A stretch of DNA of 64,000 bases, from assembly GCA_963827205.1 (NCBI GenBank), contig CAWHAH010000002.1, positions 194,433-258,432 of the forward strand, given 5' to 3'. The stretch's first letter is position 1; each line of letters begins with the position of its first letter. The stretch is from an uncultured Verrucomicrobiae bacterium (lineage in GTDB: Bacteria > Verrucomicrobiota > Verrucomicrobiia > Limisphaerales > UBA11358). The notes below the pieces were generated by a model. That model searched no databases and was not told the origin of the DNA. It saw nothing but the letters and a program-made list of their open reading frames with translations. Positions 27,673-35,398 of this stretch are shown piece after piece. A program made the position numbers and the translations under genes.

Positions 27673-28329
27673 ATGAATGCATACCTGCCAACCCACATGA
27701 CGGTTGACGATCCCGACGCGGAACTCGTGCGCCGCGCCAAGGCCGGTGAACTGGCCGCTTTTGAAACTTTGACCACCCGTTACGAACAGCGGGTCTATTC
27801 CCTGGCCATGCGCATGTTGCGGCAGGAACAGGATGCCGAGGATGTCACCCAGCAAACCTTTCTCAGCGCCTTGGAAAATCTGAACCGATTTCGCGGCGAA
27901 GCCAGCTTTGCCACTTGGCTGCTGCGCATTGCTACTCACGCGGCGCTCAAAGTCATCCGCAAGCACAAAGGGCTGAAAACTATTTCACTGGAGGAGGCCA
28001 CTGAAGAAACGGACCGGGTTGATTCCGTTCCTCACCCCGACTTCATTGCAGACTGGCGGCAATCCCCCGAGCAACTGGTGCCAAAACGCGAAATCCAACG
28101 GTTGCTGGACGAGGCGCTGGCCAGACTGGACGAAAAACACCGGCTCGTCTTCCTGTTGCGCGACGTTGAAGGATTGTCGGTAAAGGAGACGGCCGAGGCC
28201 TTGGGCCTTAGCGAGGCCAACACCAAGGTGCGCCTGTTGCGGGCCCGGCTCCAGTTGCGCGAGCAATTGACCCGCACCCTTGGCGACCCGGACAAACGAG
28301 TGGCGCAGAAACGTGACCATGCGCATTGA
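27673..28329 (+). CDS. ECF (group IV) RNA polymerase sigma factor
   Basis: About 218 aa with region 2 (FETLTTRYEQRVYSLAMRML, DAEDVTQQTFL) and region 4 (LSVKETAEALGLSEANTKVRLLRAR). GTG 27661 is an alternative start. Confidence 0.85.
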   Translation: MNAYLPTHMTVDDPDAELVRRAKAGELAAFETLTTRYEQRVYSLAMRMLRQEQDAEDVTQQTFLSALENLNRFRGEASFATWLLRIATHAALKVIRKHKGLKTISLEEATEETDRVDSVPHPDFIADWRQSPEQLVPKREIQRLLDEALARLDEKHRLVFLLRDVEGLSVKETAEALGLSEANTKVRLLRARLQLREQLTRTLGDPDKRVAQKRDHAH

Positions 28330-28437
28330 ACCATCATCCGCATGAACCCGGAGAACATCCAACATTCAACATCGAACGCCCGGCACCCAATGCTGATCCG
28401 GATGGAACCCTTGGGATGTTCGATGTTTACCAGCTTT

Positions 28438-28465
28438 GTAACTTTCTTGGAGCTGACGGCTCAAA
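28438..28465 (+). promoter_or_regulatory. ECF-type promoter P0 (GTAACTT-N13-GGCTCAAA) upstream of the anti-sigma gene
   Basis: One of five sites with the same -35/-10-like boxes and an identical 13-nt spacer; 19 nt upstream of ATG 28485. Confidence 0.6.
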
Positions 28466-28484
28466 AGAATCAATACGACACACC

Positions 28485-28742
28485 ATGAAGTGCGAGGAAC
28501 TGTTGGCGATGCTGAATGAATACGTGGACGGCACGATTGATCCTGCCGTCTGCGAAGATTTTGAGAAGCACATGGCCGGATGCAATCCCTGCCAGGTGGT
28601 CGTGGACAACATTCGCAAGACCATTACGCTTTACAAGGCCGGCAAACCCTACGAATTGCCGGTGCAGTTCCGCGAACGGCTCCACAATGTCCTGCGGCAG
28701 CGTTGGAAGGAAACCCATGCCAGGCCAAAGCACGGAAAATAA
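28485..28742 (+). CDS. zinc-binding (ZAS, HxxxCxxC) anti-sigma factor, cytoplasmic
   Basis: 85 aa from ATG 28485 (MKCEELLAMLNEYVDG); HMAGCNPC = H-x3-C-x2-C; no TM segment. A TTG at 28326 would add 53 aa. Confidence 0.7.
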   Translation: MKCEELLAMLNEYVDGTIDPAVCEDFEKHMAGCNPCQVVVDNIRKTITLYKAGKPYELPVQFRERLHNVLRQRWKETHARPKHGK

Positions 28743-28747
28743 CAGCC

Positions 28748-29125
28748 ATGCACTGGGGTTTTATATTGATTGCCGGGTTGGTGGTGGCGGCGACACTGGC
28801 GCTGAAACGTGTGGGATTGGTTTCGGCGGAAACGGCCCGGGCTTATCTGAAACAAGGTGCGCTCGTCGTGGACGTGCGCAGCACTGAAGAATTCAAAGCC
28901 GGACACCTGTCCAGCGCAATCAACATGCCGCTGAACGAATTGCAAACCAGCGCCATCCGCCGCGTGCCGGATCAAGACCAGGTTCTACTGTTGCACTGTC
29001 TGAGCGGGACACGCAGTGGTTTAGCGAAACGGAGGCTCAAGGGCATGGGCTACAACAACGTCTTCAATCTCGGCTCGCTCACTCGTGCTCGGAAAATCGC
29101 CGGCACCAGCAGCGGTGTCGCGTAA
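28748..29125 (+). CDS. rhodanese-domain sulfurtransferase with N-terminal TM helix
   Basis: 125 aa from ATG 28748; active-site loop HCLSGTR (CxxxxR). Confidence 0.8.
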   Translation: MHWGFILIAGLVVAATLALKRVGLVSAETARAYLKQGALVVDVRSTEEFKAGHLSSAINMPLNELQTSAIRRVPDQDQVLLLHCLSGTRSGLAKRRLKGMGYNNVFNLGSLTRARKIAGTSSGVA

Positions 29126-29137
29126 AATGGAGTCACA

Positions 29138-29737
29138 ATGGACGCCGCCTTTTGGAACAACCGCTACGCCGTCGCCAGCCATGTTTATGGTGAGACGCCT
29201 AATGCTTTCGTGGCGGAAGTCGCGCCGGAAATTCCCGCCGGGCCGGTGTTGTGCCTGGCCGAAGGCGAGGGACGCAATGCCGTTCATCTTGCCACTCTTG
29301 GCCACCGTGTGACCGCCGTGGACCAGTCAGAGGTCGGACTGACCAAAGCGCGGCGGCTGGCCAAAACGCGCGGCGTGAAAATCGAAACGGTGATGACTGA
29401 TCTGGCCGATTACACCATCGCCGCCAGCGCCTGGGCGGGCATCGTCGCAACGTTTGCGCATCTGCCGCCGGCCTTGCGACGACGGGTTCATCGCGACGCG
29501 GTGGCGGGGCTGCAGCCCGGCGGCGTGTTCATCCTCGAAGCCTACACGCCGGCGCAACTGGCGTTCGGCACTGGCGGACCGAAATCACCCGAATTGCTCA
29601 TGACCCTGGCCGGTCTCCGCGACGAACTTTCAGGATTGGACTTGCTGATTGGACGCGAGATTGAACGCGAAGTCATCGAAGGCGGCGGGCATACCGGCCG
29701 CGGCGCGGTAGTGCAAATTCTCGCCCGGCGGCTTTGA
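29138..29737 (+). CDS. class I SAM-dependent methyltransferase (TehB/TPMT-like)
   Basis: 199-aa ORF; LCLAEGEGRNAVHLA motif I and GGVFILE post-I motif. Confidence 0.75.
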   Translation: MDAAFWNNRYAVASHVYGETPNAFVAEVAPEIPAGPVLCLAEGEGRNAVHLATLGHRVTAVDQSEVGLTKARRLAKTRGVKIETVMTDLADYTIAASAWAGIVATFAHLPPALRRRVHRDAVAGLQPGGVFILEAYTPAQLAFGTGGPKSPELLMTLAGLRDELSGLDLLIGREIEREVIEGGGHTGRGAVVQILARRL

Positions 29738-29787
29738 AGGCAGCCGCTTTCGGGCTGATTCTCATCAAACCGCAATTTGAACGCCGC

Positions 29788-30630
29788 TTAACGCTCAAAT
29801 TCAAACCGGCGGCCCACGCCGGGTGCGGCGCAGCGTCCGGGAAAACTTTCCCACAACCGCGCGACAGCCGCTGCGCCGGTGCAGTGCGCCGGCACGAGCA
29901 GCGGAATCTTCCGTTGTTGCAGCGCCTCGACCGTTGCGGCCAGCCGTTCCGGCGAAGCGTTAAGCAGGTGCAGGCCGCCCAGCACGGCGCGAACCGGCCG
30001 GCCGGGATGGAATCCCTGAATATAATCGAGCGTGTTGACCACGCCGGCATGGGCGCAACCCAGCAACACCACGACGCCGTCGGACGTGTCAAAAAACACC
30101 GCCTGATCGTCCCGCACCAGATCGGGCTGCGTGGCGCGTTCGTCCAGAAAGAAGCGTCCGCCCGGATCCTCGTAAGGTGTGTGGCGGGGAATTTCTCCAG
30201 TGACGAACAAGCCTTTGACCACCTCCGTGCAGGTTCGCGTTTCAATAATCCGCGCTTGATGGTGCATGAGAAAAGCGTGGCTGGCTTCGGGCAGACCGAT
30301 AAAACGCGGCGTGCCATCGGGTTGAAGGCTGAATTTCGGTTCCCGCGCCGCCGGGTGCAGGAAAACCGGAGGACACGACGAAGCTGCGACCACTGCCGCC
30401 AGACCGCCAGTGTGGTCGTAATGGCCGTGGCTCAAGACGATGGCGTCGAGCCGGTCCAGGCCAATGCCGAGCTGGCGGGCGTTTTCGACCAGCAAATTCG
30501 TCTGCCCGGTATCGAACAAGACCTGATGCGATCCGAATTGAATGTGCCAGGCCAGTCCGTGTTCGGCCTTGAGGCCGCGCTCGTGGACCGAATTTTCCAC
30601 CAGAACGGTGATGCTGATTTTTTGGCTCAT
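29788..30630 (-). CDS. MBL-fold metallo-hydrolase
   Basis: 280-aa ORF with HGHYDHTGG metal motif; N-terminus ITVLVEN..GLKAEHGLA is typical of the family found beside NifX-like genes. Confidence 0.8.
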   Translation of the reverse strand: MSQKISITVLVENSVHERGLKAEHGLAWHIQFGSHQVLFDTGQTNLLVENARQLGIGLDRLDAIVLSHGHYDHTGGLAAVVAASSCPPVFLHPAAREPKFSLQPDGTPRFIGLPEASHAFLMHHQARIIETRTCTEVVKGLFVTGEIPRHTPYEDPGGRFFLDERATQPDLVRDDQAVFFDTSDGVVVLLGCAHAGVVNTLDYIQGFHPGRPVRAVLGGLHLLNASPERLAATVEALQQRKIPLLVPAHCTGAAAVARLWESFPGRCAAPGVGRRFEFER

Positions 30631-31067
30631 GCGGGTTTCATGAATTTGCCGGTGGCACTCGCCTTGACCGTGCCGCCCTGCGAGAGTTTGGCGTGCAATT
30701 GAAACAGCCCTTGAGAGTCATCCTCCACCCAAGCCCGCAGCAGCGACTCTTCAGCAGCGACAACGCCGGCATGGTAACGGACTTTTAATTCTACGGTCAA
30801 ACCGCGAATTCCCCGCGCGAAGAGGCAGTTGGTCATTGCGCCGTCGAGCAACGCAGCAATCACGCCTCCGTGCAGTAAACCCGGATACCCCTCCAGCGCG
30901 CAGTGGCCAAGAAAATTTGCGCTCACGCTGCCGTCCGGCTGTGGCGTGTAGCGCAGCGCCAGCCCCATCGGATTCGACCCGCTGCACACAAAACAAAACG
31001 GATGCGCCTCCGCTTGCATGTTTTGGAAGCGGGTTTGAATGCTGTCGGGTGCAGGCGAGTTCGTCAT
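30627..31067 (-). CDS. PaaI-family (hotdog) thioesterase
   Basis: CFVCSGSNPMGLAL and LHGGVIAALLD motifs; ATG 31019 is an alternative start; 4-nt overlap with the MBL gene. Confidence 0.7.
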   Translation of the reverse strand: MTNSPAPDSIQTRFQNMQAEAHPFCFVCSGSNPMGLALRYTPQPDGSVSANFLGHCALEGYPGLLHGGVIAALLDGAMTNCLFARGIRGLTVELKVRYHAGVVAAEESLLRAWVEDDSQGLFQLHAKLSQGGTVKASATGKFMKPA

Positions 31068-31078
31068 GGGGTTGAGCA

Positions 31079-31094
31079 AAGCAGCGGCAATGCC
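31079..31094 (-). promoter_or_regulatory. candidate sigma-54 promoter (TGGCAT-N5-CTGCT) for the thioesterase/MBL operon
   Basis: Minus strand reads TGGCATtgccgCTGCT with canonical GG-N10-GC spacing. It is divergent from the sigma-54 activator gene, and the shared 12-nt motif lies ~125 nt upstream. Confidence 0.5.
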
Positions 31095-31192
31095 ATCGGT
31101 GCAAAACCGTTGTTGCCCGTTGAAAACCCGCCATTTCGCACAAACTGCGGCATGGTTAAGCGTGCAAGACCCCACGATTTCCCCGACTGACC

Positions 31193-31204
31193 GTGGCAAA
31201 ATGC
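31193..31204. promoter_or_regulatory. candidate enhancer (UAS) site GTGGCAAAATGC, inside palindrome TGGCA-N3-TGCCA
   Basis: Exact 12-mer shared with 32949..32960, in the same orientation and at a similar distance relative to each sigma-54 promoter candidate. Confidence 0.45.
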
Positions 31205-31230
31205 CATTGCGAACCCGGCCCCGATGGCGG

Positions 31231-32586
31231 ATGATGGAATGGCGGATTCGCCTCCGCGCCCAAATGCAGGAAACGCTTCATAACCAGTTGCTCGATTCGG
31301 TGCCCGACGGTGTGTTCACCGTGGACGCCGATTGGCGCGTCACCTTTTTCAATCGCGCCGCCGAGCAGATCACCGGCATCCGCCAGCAAGAGGCGCTGGG
31401 CCGGCGCTGTTGTGGTGTGTTCCGCGCCTCCATCTGCGAAACCGCCTGCGCGTTGAAGCAAACGCTGGCCACCCGCCGGCCCGTGGCCAACAAGGTCGTC
31501 TATATTGTGAACGCGCGGGGCGAGCGCATCCCGATCAGCATCTCCACCGCCGCACTCACGGATGCGCGCGGCAAAACCATCGGCGGCGTGGAGAGTTTCC
31601 GCGACCTGCGATTGGTGAACGAACTGCGCCACGAAGCCGAGCAACAGGATTCGTTTTCGGACATCATCGGGCGCAGCGCAGCGATGCGGCAATTGTTTGA
31701 TCTGCTGCCGCCCGTGGCCGAGAGCGACAGCACGGTGCTCGTGGAAGGCCCCAGCGGCACGGGCAAGGAACTGTTTGCCCGGGCCATCCATCAGCTTTCG
31801 CGTCGGCACGCGAAGAAGTTCATCGCTCTCAACTGTGGCGCGCTGCCGGACACCTTGCTGGAAAGCGAATTGTTCGGCTACAAAGCCGGCGCGTTCACTG
31901 ACGCACGCAAGGACAAACCTGGCCGCTTCGCGCTGGCCGAGGGCGGAACCATCTTTCTGGACGAAATCGGCGACATCTCGCCGGCCATGCAAACACGGTT
32001 GTTACGCGTATTGCAGGAGCGCGTTTATGAACCGCTCGGCGGCGTGGAAACCCTGCGCTGCAACGTGCGGGTGATCGCCGCATCGAACAAGCCGCTCCAG
32101 GAGCTGGTGAAGGAGGGAAAGTTTCGTGAAGACCTGTTTTATCGCGTGCATGTGGTCCGGCTGGAACTGCCGCCGCTGCGCGAGCGCCGCGAGGATATCC
32201 CCCTGTTGGTTGACCACTTCGTAGCACGATACAACCGCCTCAAGGGACGGGACGTTGCCGGTGTGTCCGATGCCGCCCTCGCGCGGCTGATGGAACATGA
32301 TTTTCCCGGCAATATTCGCGAACTGGAGAACATCATCGAACACGCCTTCGTGCTCTGTCGCAGCGGCCTGATTGAGTTGTCGCACCTGCCGCCGCATCTG
32401 CGCGGCGCGGAAGACGAAGTCCGCTCCGGGCTGCCGTCCGGCCTGACGCTGGTGGCGATGGAAAAGCTGCTCATCCGCGACGCATTGCGGCGGCACGAAG
32501 GAAATCGTGCCGCTGCCGCCCGCGAACTGGGCATTGACGTGAGCACGCTGTTTCGGAAAATCAAGGCGCTGAAATTAAAAGGCTGA
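31231..32586 (+). CDS. sigma-54-dependent Fis-family transcriptional activator with N-terminal PAS domain
   Basis: PAS (VPDGVFTVDADWRVTFFNRAAEQITG), AAA+ Walker A GPSGTGKE, GAFTDA loop, C-terminal HTH AAARELGIDVSTLFRKI. Start is ambiguous (31201, 31231 or 31264). Confidence 0.85.
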   Translation: MMEWRIRLRAQMQETLHNQLLDSVPDGVFTVDADWRVTFFNRAAEQITGIRQQEALGRRCCGVFRASICETACALKQTLATRRPVANKVVYIVNARGERIPISISTAALTDARGKTIGGVESFRDLRLVNELRHEAEQQDSFSDIIGRSAAMRQLFDLLPPVAESDSTVLVEGPSGTGKELFARAIHQLSRRHAKKFIALNCGALPDTLLESELFGYKAGAFTDARKDKPGRFALAEGGTIFLDEIGDISPAMQTRLLRVLQERVYEPLGGVETLRCNVRVIAASNKPLQELVKEGKFREDLFYRVHVVRLELPPLRERREDIPLLVDHFVARYNRLKGRDVAGVSDAALARLMEHDFPGNIRELENIIEHAFVLCRSGLIELSHLPPHLRGAEDEVRSGLPSGLTLVAMEKLLIRDALRRHEGNRAAAARELGIDVSTLFRKIKALKLKG

Positions 32587-32613
32587 AAGCCCAAAAGATG
32601 ATAACATAGAACC

Positions 32614-32889
32614 ATGCTGAACGAGCACGACCAGGATCTTCTTCTGCGTTGCCGCCGCCTCGGCCACGAGGTGACTTTCGGCTATTGCCCGCGAGAAACA
32701 GGCGGAAAGCCCTGCCGCCTGATTCTGGACTGCTGGTGGGAACAATTTGACGTGCGCTCCTTCCTGCAGGCGCATCTGTCGAAGGAGGACATGGCCCAAG
32801 TCGAGCGCCGCCAGCGCCTCTCCCCCTCCCAGCAAGATGTTGAGCCTGGTGGAGATAATCCAGCAGGCAAAGGATCGGCTGAAGCGTAA
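32614..32889 (+). CDS. small Cys-containing hypothetical protein
   Basis: 91-aa ORF 27 nt after the activator stop; Cys pattern C-x12-C-x9-C-x6-C followed by WW; no family recognised. Confidence 0.45.
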   Translation: MLNEHDQDLLLRCRRLGHEVTFGYCPRETGGKPCRLILDCWWEQFDVRSFLQAHLSKEDMAQVERRQRLSPSQQDVEPGGDNPAGKGSAEA

Positions 32890-32948
32890 ACCATGACACT
32901 CCCCCCGGCGGTGACGCAGATTGCGCTGGATCGCTCCCGTTACCCGTT

Positions 32949-32960
32949 GCATTTTGCCAC
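32949..32960. promoter_or_regulatory. candidate enhancer (UAS) site GCATTTTGCCAC
   Basis: Exact reverse complement of 31193..31204; ~120 nt upstream of the predicted start of the 33049 promoter candidate. Confidence 0.45.
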
Positions 32961-33048
32961 TAAGCACACTCTCTCTGCTTGGATCAATAATTACAGTCCC
33001 CCCTGATTTCAAAGGAAATTTCGATTTGTCTGCCAGCCAATTGGGGGC

Positions 33049-33064
33049 TGGCATGAATCCCGCA
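33049..33064 (+). promoter_or_regulatory. candidate sigma-54 promoter (TGGCAT-N5-CCGCA) for the NifX-like/def/radical-SAM operon
   Basis: GG-N10-GC spacing is correct but the -12 box is weak, and the predicted start falls within 1-2 nt of GTG 33076. Overlaps palindrome TGCCAGCC-N7-GGCTGGCA. Confidence 0.4.
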
Positions 33065-33075
33065 CTACGGCAAGT

Positions 33076-33504
33076 GTGCTGATTGCCATTCCCGTTTTGC
33101 AGGAACGCATTTCGCCGGTGCTCGACGCTGCGGCGCGGTTGCTTTTGGTTACCCACCGGCGCGGGAAGGAAGTGGCGCGGCGCGAATTTGTTCTTGGTCC
33201 GCTTACGCCGGAAGGACTGGCGCGGAGCGTAGCGGAATTGCGCGTGGATGTGCTGCTCTGCGCCGCACTGTCCAAACAGTTGCTGCGGGCTTTGGAACGG
33301 CGCGGCGTGCGGGTCAAACCGCATCTCTGCGGCGAGGTGGAGTCGGTCTTGCGCGCCTTCGACTGCGGCCATCTCCAGCGGGATGAATTCCGCATGCCGG
33401 GCTGCTGGGGACAACATTCGCACGGCAAATACTGCCGTCATCAGCGTGTTGCTCAGAACGGTAAGCCCAGTGGGAAAGAAACACGAACCCAAATTTCGGC
33501 ATGA
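33076..33504 (+). CDS. NifB/NifX-family (dinitrogenase FeMo-cofactor-binding fold) protein 1
   Basis: 142-aa ORF, GTG start. The (M)LIAIPV N-terminus and VDVLLCAALS match the family; Cys/His-rich C-terminus. Confidence 0.7.
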   Translation: MLIAIPVLQERISPVLDAAARLLLVTHRRGKEVARREFVLGPLTPEGLARSVAELRVDVLLCAALSKQLLRALERRGVRVKPHLCGEVESVLRAFDCGHLQRDEFRMPGCWGQHSHGKYCRHQRVAQNGKPSGKETRTQISA

Positions 33505-33707
33505 CAGCATCACCATCAAATCATCGGCCTGCTGGAAAGCGCAAGGTTCGCAGCGGCAAACGCCACCGGTTCCAAATCACCGGATTGCCCGGCTGGAAAC
33601 GCGCGCAACTGGGTGGGCCCGCGTTTGGCGAAGCAAACTGCAATCTTCCTCCGAAATCACGGAACGCCGAACTCCGGCCCGGCGCGAATGTGTCCGTTGA
33701 ACCATGA
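33501..33707 (+). CDS. small basic hypothetical protein (68 aa)
   Basis: ATGA overlaps with both neighbours (33501-33504 and 33704-33707) argue for translation; pI clearly basic (K/R-rich). Confidence 0.5.
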   Translation: MTASPSNHRPAGKRKVRSGKRHRFQITGLPGWKRAQLGGPAFGEANCNLPPKSRNAELRPGANVSVEP

Positions 33708-34306
33708 ACTCGCCCCAGCCCAACCTCACTTCCAAAGCGGACCCGCCGTCCGAAGGCCGCATATCCCGGCACCGGCTGCATCCGTTGACCCTTGTGCATT
33801 ACCCGGACCCGATGTTGCGGAAGGAGTGCGTGCCGGTGGAACGGTTCGACAGCACGCTGCGGGACATCGCGGACGAGATGACTGCGCTAATGCAGTCCCA
33901 TTCCGGAATCGGCCTGGCCGCGCCGCAGGTTGGACTCGAACAACGGCTGCTGGTGTGCGGCATCGAAACCCAGCTCATTGCCCTGGCCAACGTGCAGATT
34001 CAAGAAGGCACCCAGACGGGGGAATTCGTGGAAGGCTGTCTAAGCCTGCCCGGCATCAAGGTCAACGTCTGGCGTCCGGAGCGCATCCGCGTGAGCGGTT
34101 ATGACGTTCAGGGGCACCGGAGGAGCTTCGCCGCAACCGGCCTGTGGGCGCGGGTGATTCAACACGAACTGGATCACTTGAACGGCGTGCTGATTTGTGA
34201 TTATGGGCATCCGTTGGCCGAAGGCTGCGGGGAATGCCCGCTCACGTTGCCAGCGGTGCTGTTGGAAGAGCGCAAGCACCGGTCACGCCCCTCCCGTTCA
34301 CATTAA
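33704..34306 (+). CDS. def: peptide deformylase paralog with N- and Cys-containing C-terminal extensions
   Basis: All three catalytic motifs are present: GIGLAAPQ, EGCLS, QHELDH. Confidence 0.85.
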   Translation: MNSPQPNLTSKADPPSEGRISRHRLHPLTLVHYPDPMLRKECVPVERFDSTLRDIADEMTALMQSHSGIGLAAPQVGLEQRLLVCGIETQLIALANVQIQEGTQTGEFVEGCLSLPGIKVNVWRPERIRVSGYDVQGHRRSFAATGLWARVIQHELDHLNGVLICDYGHPLAEGCGECPLTLPAVLLEERKHRSRPSRSH

Positions 34307-34316
34307 CGCAACTGCT

Positions 34317-34961
34317 ATGACCAATTCACAAATCGAGAGCCGCCGAAACCATCGCTTGATGAAACAGCGCGAGGCGTTGTTCCGACGCTTCGGCTACGAT
34401 TCGGTGGCAAGCCGCAAGTTCGTTCTTAAGAAAGTCATGCCGTTGCCTGGGCACGTGCTCGAAATCGGCACCGGCAAAGGCCGCTTTCTCGCCGTGCTGG
34501 CGAAGCACGCGGATCGTATCACGACGTTGGACGCGGACGCGAAACAGCAACGCGCGGCAAAGCTGCACATCCGTCAGACGCGGGCTGGCCACCGGATTCG
34601 ATTTATCGTCCATGATGCCGAACATCTGCCTTGGCCTGACGCCAGTTTCGACACCGTGGTCACTGTGAACACTTTTCATCATCTGGCGCGCCCGATGCGG
34701 GTGTTCAAGGAGATGTTGCGGGTGTTAAAGCCGGGCGGGAAACTTGTCTTGAGCGATTTTTCTCCGCGCGGCTTTCAAATTTTCGACAGGATTCACCAAT
34801 TTGAAGGCGGAACGCATCCCCGCCTGAAAAATGGTTTGGCTGGGTTCGCGCACCGGCTTGGCCGGCCCGGCTGGAAAACCAGACGATTTAAAGGATGCAA
34901 TCAAGAGATTCTGGTGGCGACGGCGCCACCCGTCCCAACGAAAGGCAAAAAGCACACATGA
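34317..34961 (+). CDS. class I SAM-dependent methyltransferase (Methyltransf_11 type)
   Basis: 214 aa from ATG 34317; VLEIGTGKGRF motif I and LKPGGKLVLSDF. Confidence 0.8.
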   Translation: MTNSQIESRRNHRLMKQREALFRRFGYDSVASRKFVLKKVMPLPGHVLEIGTGKGRFLAVLAKHADRITTLDADAKQQRAAKLHIRQTRAGHRIRFIVHDAEHLPWPDASFDTVVTVNTFHHLARPMRVFKEMLRVLKPGGKLVLSDFSPRGFQIFDRIHQFEGGTHPRLKNGLAGFAHRLGRPGWKTRRFKGCNQEILVATAPPVPTKGKKHT

Positions 34962-35395
34962 TTACCATCGCAATTCCCTCAGCCGAAGGCCGGCTTCACG
35001 GACACTTTGGCGGCTGCCGGGAATTCACGCTCGTGCAAGCGGACCCCGAGCACCGAACAATTGTCAGCATCCGGCCAGTGACACCGCCGCCGCACGCGCC
35101 GGGACTTTTCCCGCGCTGGCTGCGCGAGCAGGGCGCGAACGTTATTATTGTGGGTGGCATTGGCCAGCGTGCGCTGGCCATCTTCGCCCAGGAAGGCATC
35201 GAGGTTCGCGCCGGACTTCCAGACGCGCCGGTGGAACAGTTGGCAACCGCTTATTTGAACGGCCAGTTGACCGCGACGCCGGAAGGCTGCGAACACCACG
35301 GCCATCGGCACGACCATGAGCATGGTCATCATCACCATCGCGAGCATGATCACGACCATGAAGGTTGTGACCACGGAGCCGAAACGGGGCATTGA
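34958..35395 (+). CDS. NifB/NifX-family protein 2 with His-rich C-terminal tail
   Basis: MITIAIPSAEGRLHGHFGGC and ANVIIVGGIGQRA match the family; tail EGCEHHGHRHDHEHGHHHHREHDHDHEGCDHG; ATGA overlap with the upstream gene. Confidence 0.8.
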   Translation: MITIAIPSAEGRLHGHFGGCREFTLVQADPEHRTIVSIRPVTPPPHAPGLFPRWLREQGANVIIVGGIGQRALAIFAQEGIEVRAGLPDAPVEQLATAYLNGQLTATPEGCEHHGHRHDHEHGHHHHREHDHDHEGCDHGAETGH

Positions 35396-35398
35396 GCG

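Noticed and set aside
33626-33642. Sigma-54-like TGGCGAagcaaaCTGCA upstream of def.
   Set aside because: The spacing between GG and GC is 11 rather than 10 nt. It also lies inside the translationally coupled 68-aa ORF.
33613-34104. 163-aa ORF overlapping the def gene in another frame.
   Set aside because: It is Arg/Pro/Gly-rich with no motifs, whereas the def frame carries all three catalytic motifs.
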